DNA of 64,000 nt from Laetmonice hystrix. Lineage: Eukaryota. Below the pieces are notes generated by a model that did not search any database, had not been told where the DNA came from, and worked only from the letters and a program-made list of their open reading frames with translations. Positions 50,201-59,807 of the stretch are shown in pieces. The stretch covers positions 11,160,001 through 11,224,000 of the forward strand of contig OZ249451.1 of the NCBI GenBank assembly GCA_965235115.1. Reading direction: 5' to 3'. How positions within the stretch are numbered: position 1 is the first letter of the stretch; the number at the start of each line of letters is the position of its first letter. The translations under genes were made by a program, and so were the position numbers.

Positions 50201-52143
50201 GGGTGAGGCTTGGGGTAACGGGGCAGATGGCGAGGATAGGGCACTGATTCTCTGGTATCTGTACCTGATAATTCTTTTTGATCAAGTGACAATATGACCT
50301 TGTACTAGGACAAAGCTTTTAACAGTGAAAAGTAGGCCTATCAGTATTACAACTACAAGGGATATTTTATTATATTAAATACTATAGAGATATTTTATTA
50401 TATTACATACTATAGAGATATTTTAAATGATAAAATTTGCCCCATATAGTTCTCGGAATATTCTGGATGACTTTCGTGAGGCATACTACTGGCTGAGACA
50501 GAACACGGACGATGACGCGCGGGTCATGTCGTGGTGGGACTATGGGTATCAGATCGCAGGCATGGCCAATAGGACAACACTTGTTGACAATAACACTTGG
50601 AATAACAGTCACATTGCCCTGGTAAGTGACATCAGCTGTACATGAGGATTTAAGTGGTCCTAAATGTAGAAAACGCACCTGATGCAATCTGAAGAAGGTC
50701 CTGTTAATTCAAACCATCATAGATTCATCTTTTTAACATTACTTGCAAACCCTGTCATAAAATGACCAAGCACCACTATTTCCCCTCAATCAAAGTAAAG
50801 TTACCTTGGAATGTAAGAAGAAAGTATAATTCTCAAGGGAACTGAGCTATGTTTCTTTTATAGGTTGGCAAAGCCATGTCTTCAAATGAAAGTGCAGCGT
50901 ATGAAATAATGCGCTCACTGGATGTGAACTACGTTCTTGTGATCTTTGGTGGCGTGATTGGGTACTCGGGCGACGACATCAACAAGTTCTTGTGGATGGT
51001 GCGCATTGCCGAGGGCGAGCATCCCAAAGATATCCGAGTTAGTATTGTTGAGAATTTGACTGCCATGGATGGTATTTAGTAATTTTCCTGAGGTCATGGT
51101 AAACTAGACATATTAGACTTTTCAGAGGAAAGAAATTTAGCTAGCTGTATCCTGTCAGGATAAAATGGAGAAAGAAAGGAGACATTGCTCTTCAACCTTT
51201 ATGGAATGGTCTAACCTGTGTACAGGTATATTACAGTATGACGAGTAGTCGTCATCCAGGTTAAAAATCGTAATTTTGTACTTCTTTTTTTTTTTGGGGG
51301 GGGAGGTTAAATTCAAGATTCAGTATTGTTGGGTAGAATGGACGGTTCTATTCCTCGTCTCTTGTATAAAAATCTTTTTTAAAAATGCTTGTATTGTGTT
51401 TTCCTTCAGGAGTCTGACTACTTCACCCCCCAGGGAGAGTTCCGAGTGGATTCTGCCGGGTCACAGACATTGTTGCATTGTCTTATGTACAAACTGAGTT
51501 ACTATAGGTTTGGTGAACTTCAGGTAAGTGTAGGCATTGTGTAGTGAAATTTTAATGCTAGTGATACATGTTAGAATAGTTTTCACCTTTTAAACAAAGT
51601 ATAAGTGATTTTTTCGACTTTATAACATGAATTTCCATCATTCTATATGTGCCTTTTTTCCTTTGTAGTTTGACTTCCGCACCCCACCTGGTTTTGATCG
51701 GACACGTAATGTTGAAATTGGCCACAAGAACTTTGAGCTAACTCACCTGGAAGAGGCGTACACGACGCAGCACTGGTTGGTCAGAATTTACAAGGTTCGC
51801 GATCTCGTCAACAGGGAGAAATCTGAAAATGTTCACAAGGTTCCTATCAAGAAGGTTGCCTCAAGGAAGGTCAGTATTGTCAGCTCTCCCCACTCTTGTC
51901 ATGTCTCCCATACATTGACACTTTGTTATTAGTTTGTCTTACCTCAACACAATGAATTCTTATTGTGATTTCAGCATAACATTGCTTTTGTTCATCTGGC
52001 CAGTATGGGTGCAGATACAGATGCTCGATGTATGTTTTTAATTTCAGACAAGTCGTAGGAAGCGTGGATCTATCAAAGATAAAACAAAGATTGTCAAGGG
52101 TCGTCGCCCAAACAGCAAAAAGAAGCCTGGTCAGAGGTCATAA
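44265..52143 (+). CDS. STT3B: Oligosaccharyltransferase catalytic subunit STT3B, 773 aa
   Basis: Exons 44265-44434, 44960-45068, 45199-45308, 45605-45693, 45956-46044, 46256-46321, 46645-46744, 46883-46981, 47207-47353, 47573-47776, 48032-48225, 49978-50165, 50450-50621, 50864-51037, 51410-51523, 51669-51869, 52048-52143; total 2322 nt, phases consistent. Motifs: [29 protein letters not shown]-type diagnostic strings [22 protein letters not shown] and [21 protein letters not shown]. Confidence 0.97.
48853..48858 (+). CDS. Candidate 6-nt microexon (Pro-Glu) in STT3B intron 11
   Basis: ctcatcctcctcctatctttcctttccaTGCaacag|CCTGAG|gtacga. Long pyrimidine tract, TGC before the AG, phase 0 as in the flanking junction. 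Confidence 0.5.
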
Positions 52144-52374
52144 ACATAATGTGAAGATCTACCAAATTCGGAACAGAAGAACCCTATTGGTTGTCATAAA
52201 AATTTGCAGAACACCAGACTAGGAATCTTTTGTACAGAAAAATTGTACTATGGTGTATATAGATGAGTATTTTCAGTACTGATGTGATTGGAACGCTGAG
52301 AGTTCATTAGGTGTACGTGAAAGAGGGAGGGTGAGTTGTGAATGAGAGAGGCTAGCGCTGGTGAAAACAATAGT

Positions 52375-52465
52375 AGCTGCTGCTGCTTCTGCTGCTGCTG
52401 CTGTAGCATCTGCTGTTGCTGTGGCAGCAGCAGCTTCATCAGTAGCCAGTAACTGTTGCTGATGA
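52375..52465. repeat. Imperfect (CTG/CAG)n tract in the STT3B 3' region
   Basis: gctgctgctgcttctgctgctgctgctg...gcagcagcagc. Confidence 0.7.
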
Positions 52466-53400
52466 GATGCAACAGTTTGAAGGAAGACATAATTATACAA
52501 CTGGCCATTCATAATTCGATGGGAGCCAGTAAGAATGTCCGTGCCATCACAGTTGGATTTAATCCACCACTCTGTAATTTAATATGAATAAACTCTCACA
52601 AAGGGAAGAACACAGGAATAACTGAAGAGCTCTCCTAGGGTTCATCATACAGGACAGACCATGGAGGTAGAGGTATTATCTTTCTAAAGTTGTAAAACTT
52701 GTAACAGCCGACTAGATTTTTTATAATATGTTGTACACAGAATGGATGTAAGGATAAGATTCATTGTGATCGCTGGTGGAATACCACAAAAAATTTGATA
52801 AATGATCTAAATTAAATTATTAATCAGATATTATGTCTTTGAAAGCCTAGTTGTTATTCAGGTTAACACAGAGTTCTGTGAATGAAAGAAATGGAAAGGG
52901 AAATTTCAGAATGAAATGTGGAAGCCAGGAGTGTGGTGTGTGTCGTACCACATCTAGAGTACCAAGAGGTAAACTGGCTGCATAAACTGAGTGATGAAAG
53001 AGGTCGTTTAATGTTCTTGACTAGTGGGCCTGGTCTGACGTAGTCTAACCAGAAGGGGCCTGGTCTGACCTAGTTTTGGATGACTTAGTTTGAAAGGAGA
53101 AAAACGGTGAAAAGGTGTACATGTTAGCATGTAAGACTATGTTGAATTATGAGCAAATCGTGCTAAAAACTTGAGAAAAGTATCACCAGAGGATGTTGCA
53201 CATAGATAGTCTTTTCTGTTTATTTTTGTTTCTTGACAAAAACGATTTTTTTTAGGGGAAGAAAAAGGAATGTATGTGCCGGGTGTATATTAATTTTTTT
53301 GCTTTATATTTCGTGCGAAATTTGGATAAGCAGTGTCTGAAGTCAGGTTTGTCAGGAGGTCAGCAAGTGTCAACAAGTAAAAACTTAAGATCTTCCTTAA

Positions 53401-53737
53401 AGGGAATAGAAAAGTTCCTCACTAACGTACCTTTGAACACCAGTAACACCATATAAAGTGTCTAAGATCACGCCGATAAGTGGAACACTGTCAATGGCGA
53501 CTTTTTAAAAATACCGCCCGGGTCATTCGCTATTTCCCACGCGAGACAGCGGGAGCTATATCTATTAATAGATTGAGATAAGGGCCAAATAGGGTAAACA
53601 AACGGACGAAGCCAGCAGAGAATGTCTCTACATTTCGGTTGATTATTCCTTTATTAAAGATCAGATAATCACAGAATTGTAGGTAAGAACAGCTTGTTCA
53701 TGCTGAACACCCTTATATTGATAGTTTTCTATTCCCT
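53401..53737. mobile_element. 337-bp MITE with TTAA TSD (Kolobok-like)
   Basis: TTAA|agggaatagaaaa ... ttttctattccct|TTAA. Confidence 0.8.
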
Positions 53738-54074
53738 TTAAGGTTAAGCCTAATGCTTCTGATTGGCCGGTCGAAGCGGACCGTTCCATCCTAACTTAAG
53801 CAAGATCTTGAGTTTCTATGAACTGGGCCCTGGTATTTGTAATCTGAAAGTTATTGCAGACGTTGACATTGAATCATGTGCCATGATCATTGTGTAATGT
53901 TGCATAAGTCAGTCTTTCAGATTGGTGATTTGTATAACACTGAATCGTGGAGCCTAGGGTTGTAGGCGGTGAGGTGGGGCTTCTTGTTTCAGGCACTGCT
54001 TAATGCGGTAGGTCCCAATGGTGACATCTTCTCGAAAATTTGGGATAACAACTAAAAGGGGTAAGAACTAATAG

Positions 54075-54285
54075 GCCCCAGACTTTCAATAAAAACGTAT
54101 CCTTAAGACTTGCCCATAGCGCCGCGCTAACCCTAACTGCTACCCCAGGTCCCCAGACTTCCGATAAAAACTTACCCTTGCCCATAGCGCCGCGCTAACC
54201 CTAACCCCTACTCCAGGTCCCCAAACTTCCAATCAAAACTTACCCTTGCCCCTAGCGCCGCCCTAACTTAACCCCTGCCCCAATT
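54075..54285. repeat. 68-bp tandem repeat (~3 copies) containing ctaaccctaac
   Basis: ttgccc(a/c)tagcgccgc recurs at 54110, 54178 and 54246. Confidence 0.85.
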
Positions 54286-57092
54286 TCGTGAAAGTGTATC
54301 AATGTGGGAATAATACGTTTATTTATGTCTCTGGAGTAAAGGTTTTCATTGAAGTAGTTTTTCTTAGTTTGGTCTCTGGTCTACTGTACACTTGATAACA
54401 TTCCCGATATTCGAGTAGTATGCGCCACAAACTGTGACAGCCGAGTCATCGTGATGGAAATATTCTCTAACTCAAAGCTATTAATTGAAAATTTAAAAAA
54501 AAGGTTTTAGCCTATTTGTAGTTATTCCAATAATTTATGACGACGCGATTCACTAGGAGTCGCCACTGTCGCTGTTAATAGAGCATCGACAACACTTTCT
54601 TAACACCTAGTTACTCCTCATGTGAAGTGATGGTAAGATACTTTGAACAGGATTGTCAAAAAGCAGTTTCAATATTACTACCATGAGTGGACAAGGTACT
54701 CGCCAGTCATCCCCCTTGGCGTACCATAAGATCAAAGATTGCAATAGATAACTTCGAGTCAAATGGTAATGGCATGTATGCCATTTCTGTGTTCCAGTTC
54801 AAGGTTGCAAACCTTCAAGGGTACATTGACCGAGGTCTTAATCTTTTTTCTGTCGATCTTCATTAATAATGTGTAGGTAATGATAAGTGTTTTTTTAATT
54901 GAGTTTGCCGTTGATTGCCATCAACAGGAATTTCTATTTGTGGCTCATTTTGATCTGCTTACCGGTGCATACCCACAAACCTTTGTGTTCGACCAGTCAG
55001 GATGAAGACCAGAAGGAACAAAAAGTCTTTAAAGTCGCCTAAAAATTACTTTTAATGTCATGCAGAGTTCCTTTGCTGTTTGGCCTCCAGCTGTTGTAAT
55101 GACATAATTTAATTAGTTAGGTATTTATTGGCATGTTCTCGTTACATACTATCGGTTTGGGTTTATTAATAGGTCAAGTTTAAGACTATTGAGAAAAGTG
55201 CATGAAGAGCAGTACATTATGTACATCGACGACCGTCTACATTGTAGGCCATTGGCTCGGGTTGGACATGACCAGTTCACTTGAACCCTGTTAAATTGCC
55301 CTTGGGTGGTAAATGTTCAAAAGTCTTGAATCTACCAATTTCATGGTTTATATTTTCGTCACTTCATTTGTACGACGTTACATGTAAAATGTCACTGCCG
55401 CACTAACAACACATTTCATGATGTCGTTTGCTCGAGTTTTGGTAACTTTGTTAAGTTCTAAAACCGTTGATCTCTTGCACATGAATTAATAGTGCCCTCT
55501 GGTGGAATAAATTTGAACGTCCCATTTGCTCAAGGGAACGCGTGCGGTCACGTGATTGAGTGAGCTGTGAAAGACCTTTGGACAGGTTAAAGGTCACACA
55601 TTAAAATGGGTTCGTGAACTCTTGGTTCCAGAACTCGCGGTTGTCGAGCTGGTGTCCTGTGACGATTTCTACCGTAGGTCTGGGATGTTGGTGGTCAGAA
55701 GGCGGAAGGTGGTGTAATTGAGGAGGGATGCGTATAAATATTGTAAAGCGGGGCGATTTAGAAAGAATGTAGGGTTACACAGAGCTACTCATTGGATTTA
55801 TCGACAACCTTTTGAATCATCCTGGTTTATATTCATATATGATGAAAAAAGGAGTGAATACCATAATAATTAGATGTACTTGTTGAGAGAATTTCTGTGA
55901 TTTCCTGTTCCCTTACGTTTTAGTTGGTATCTATAGTATCCTCTCTTGGTTTGTGTTGTAAATGGGCACAGAGTAAAAGGTCTTGTTTATGTATTGAGTA
56001 CAAAAGTGTTTGTCCTTTTTCTCTCGCTCTCCTAATACGCCAGTGCATAAACTGAATAAATTAGGCAGTTTTCAGGTGTATTAATCATAACATATTTCAT
56101 GTTGAAAACAACAATCCATAAACTTTTTAAACATTTACAAGAAGTATGTTCACGTGAAAGTTTAAAATTAAATAAATTTCTTCAGTGTAAATTCAAAGGA
56201 TTCATTATACCTGATTTTTTTATATTTGAGGTAATTTTGCGTTCATAGCCAAAAATAAGAAATTAATGACTTGGCAAACATTTTTTCAGTTATAAATGTG
56301 AAATTCATAATCAGTTATGAAATCTGACATCCTGCAAAATACTCCCTCCACCTCAGTGGTCAGTATCGCAAAGCTTGCTAGGCAACGCTAAATTACAAGA
56401 CACATACAGTAGAGTTTTCGACGACCGATTTAACAGAAACTAGCTTTTTTCATTGATCGAAATTCTCACTGAATAGTTCTCTTCGTGAACAAAAGGAGAT
56501 TATTATCAACCACGTAAAAGGCTATTAAGTAGAGCAGGGGGTTTCAACCTGGGGGTACGGGCACCCCCAGGGATTTTTTTTTTTTTACTCTTTTCGGGTA
56601 CGCGAACATCCTTGCCAAATATGCATCATTAACAGCCCAATACGAGCTGGCAGGTTCCATAATACACTGACAATAAATGATATATTGTGGCAACGCTGTG
56701 TTATATTTGGGAAAAGAATATTTTCTGTGCCTGGTAGTAGCTACGCCGATCAGATATCCCATCCCTAAGTAAAAAAAAAAGTTTACAGAGATGTTGCAGG
56801 CAAACGCCAGGGTGCTGTACTGAAGCGGCGCCTCCGACTGCACTGCCACCTTCCGGCTACCGATGGAATCGCCACGTATACCTGGCCGGGCTGGCAGGCA
56901 CCTGTGGCGCGAAGGGGAGAGACAGGATTATGCAATGATAAGCGAAAAATGTCTTCATTTTTGATACGTCAAATTGAAACTACGCCCCCAAAATCATGAT
57001 TGTTAGACCAGATGTATACCTCTCAAACGTTTCACGTACGTTCGCTACAGATAAATGGTTGTAGGCTACATATGTAATATGTAATATGTATA

Positions 57093-58082
57093 GGGGAGAG
57101 TGGGGCACCATGAACATACGTTCACCATGAACCGCCCCTCTTTTCTCCCTTGGTACGTGCTTCTTTTCCTAAATGTCTCCCGTGTATAATCCCCTTCTGG
57201 CAAGTGGGCAAACCATTAACAATAGTGAAACTAACACGCTGCCTGTCACATTTTATAACAACTTTTTTGTTTTCTGACCACCAAAGTAATTTTTTTCAGG
57301 GTAAGTGTTTATTCAGTTTCGATAATACACATTATAGAAAACTTAAGCTGACTGACTAGAATGAAAAGTATCTAGGGCCATACTAATCATGAAGTTATTG
57401 ATTCTGGATCTTCTCTGTGCATTTCAGTGTGAGCTTATATTTTCACACGTGACTAGCATTGGGGCACCATGAACCAGTAAATGTGGGGCAGGTTGAACCA
57501 TGGTTCATGGAAGAGTGGGGCACCATGAAATTTTTTTTCGTTTTTTTGATCTGACACCTGAACAACTGAATTGGTGAAGTCCCTTTATTTACCAAAATAA
57601 ACTTTTTACACTTGGCTACATTCTGCCAACATCACAATTTATTGGAGTTTTCCTGTCTTTGTGTATTTTAATTTTTTTTTTAAAGATCGAAACCGGTCTG
57701 AGCTGATTGTGGGGGTGGATTATGAATATGGGAGAGTAATTACCCATTTTGCCATTGTGGTGATTTGCTAATTGATGTTAGATTGTTTATAAGTTCAGAA
57801 ATTTCGTTGAGAGTTTGTTTTCTTGCCTTTTAGAAAATGGTTCAAAGTACCCCAATGGATGGTTCAAGGTGCCCCGCCTGCGGGGCACCATGAACCGGTT
57901 TCAATTTTTTTTTTTAAATTAAAATACACAAAGACAGGAAAACTCCAATAAATTGTTATGTTGGCAGAATGTAGCCAAGTATAAAAAGTTTATTTTGGTA
58001 AATAAAGGGACTTCACCAATTCAGTTGTTCAGGTGTCAGATCAAAAAATCGAAAAACATGTTCATGGTGCCCCACTCTCCCC
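57093..58082. mobile_element. 990-bp TA-flanked MITE (Tc1/mariner-pogo type) nested in the hAT element
   Basis: TA|ggggagagtggggcaccatgaacat ... atgttcatggtgccccactctcccc|TA. An internal copy of the terminus at ~57515 creates a second inverted repeat (57515-57680 vs 57900-58078). Confidence 0.85.
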
Positions 58083-58213
58083 TACTTCCCATTTGAGTAT
58101 ATCGTCTCCAAAATTTAACATTAGATGCTCCCCGCCTATACCTTTCATTTCCACTATCCCACTATACTGTTTGCTTGGGTACTAGGCCAGCCGGTAAGAT
58201 GTAGGGACTCCTC

Positions 58214-58320
58214 ACTGTACTGTTTGGCCTCCCATACTGCTTGGCCTCACAGTACTGTTTGGCCTCACTGTACTCTTTGGCCTCCCTGTACTCTTTGGCT
58301 TCACTGTACTGTTTGCTTCT
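58214..58320. repeat. 18-bp minisatellite
   Basis: Unit ctgtactgtttggcctca, ~6 copies. Confidence 0.8.
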
Positions 58321-58830
58321 ATACAACAGAAGCCAGTAGTATAGGGACGCCTCATGTTTCATGTTTCCATGCCTTTATTGTCCAGGAGGCAGGCCATACT
58401 TTTCGTCTATCATTTACTCCCATCTAATCTGTGTCACCTACAGATCATCTGTAAGCGTCCGACAACGTTGTCAGGTAGTCCCAATGGCTGTTGGCAATGG
58501 CAAATGACGGTGTAGGCTACGCATCATGGGTCATGTATACTCCAGGGGTACGCTGATGAAAAAAGGTTGAAAATACCTACGTAGAGGAAGTATTTACTAC
58601 AAACACTAATAAAAAAGTATTCCTGGATAAATATAACTCTGATAGAGAAATATTCCTGAATAAACATACATCTATAAAATAAGTATTCTTGGATAAAAAT
58701 AACTATCAACTACCATATTCCCTTGTCACATTCCCTGATCGGCCTATGCGAGACACTTTTTGCCTTTTAAAATTGAATAAATATTTAAAACGATTTAAAG
58801 GTACCAAAACTATATACAATTCATGTCAAG

Positions 58831-59267
58831 AGGCAGGGTAAACACCCACGGCAAGTAAGGTTTCGTAGGCCAAATGAAGCACCAGCATATACCTCAGGGC
58901 AATAAATGCCACAATTACACTGTCTGAATGAAGTAATTAACGTGTAACCGCCCGATGTATGACGCCGCTGGTTCTGAGAGGTTCTTGTGTGTTCATCAGA
59001 GCCGAATGCTGCACACCGCAGCGTATTGCGTAACAATACGTGTTACTCTGCTCACAGACCTTGTCTACACGATGTTTGGAGTCCCAACGTTTGTAAACGT
59101 CCGAGGTGTTGAACACACAAGCAGAACCAGTTGCGTCACACATCGGGCAGTTACACGTTAATTACTTCATTCAGACAACGTAATTGTGTCATTTATGGCC
59201 CTGAGGTAAATGCTGGTGTTTCATTTGGTCTACGGAACGTTACTTGCCGTGGGTGTTTACCCTGCCT
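58831..59267. mobile_element. MITE with ~145-bp TIRs (TTAA-type, one flank decayed)
   Basis: aggcagggtaaacacccacggcaagtaa... / ...ttacttgccgtgggtgtttaccctgcct|ttaa. Confidence 0.8.
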
Positions 59268-59807
59268 TTAAGATATTATTATAATCAAGAAATATTAAAC
59301 ACCACCAGTTGTGATAACAAGAGGAGAACCCTAACCCTAACCTGCAGACCCCATACCAAGAGGCGGCGCCAACAGGTGCGTTTCAATATATAGCCCAAAG
59401 ATATCTTTGAAAACCTCGCTGGAGCCAGGTGCGAGGTTTTTATTGAAACGCTCGCTCTTCCCCCATCCAGACTGCACTAGGCCTATCCAAAAGATATCTT
59501 TGGCGCAGACCTGTCCTGGGGGTTCGCTGGGCAGAGCAATTCCCAGAGGTGCTCCATCGCAAGTTCAGATGCATGTGCCTTTTGTATGGGGTAATTAATC
59601 ATTATATCTTGTGTGACATTGGGAAATACGTGTTAGAACATGGGATATATAAAGTTGTCATTTTATCCTCTCTTTTACTTCAAGACGGGTAAGATGAATT
59701 TGTTTGCACCACTCAAGTGGCTTTCAAAGAGCCCATACCAGCAACTGTACTACAGATGTATGTAACGTTGCCGACCGAACTACTACTGGGGCAGGAGATC
59801 TCACCCA

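Larger units (their letters stand above)
56535..58578. mobile_element. hAT (Charlie-like) non-autonomous element with nested insertions
   Basis: Left end cagggggtttcaacctgggggtacg, right end aggttgaaaatacct; 8-bp flanks aagtagag / acgtagag (7/8 match). Confidence 0.65.

Noticed and set aside
52248-52512. Poly-Q and poly-A ORFs antisense to the STT3B 3' end
   Set aside because: Explained by an imperfect CTG/CAG tract; no splice or domain support.
54124-54145. Telomerase RNA template (CTAACCCTAACTG)
   Set aside because: The motif is part of a 68-bp tandem unit repeated three times, with no pseudoknot or H/ACA features visible.
58125-58427. ORF with EAKQYS-type hexapeptide repeats
   Set aside because: An 18-bp minisatellite inside a hAT-like element; non-ATG or weak start and no exon context.
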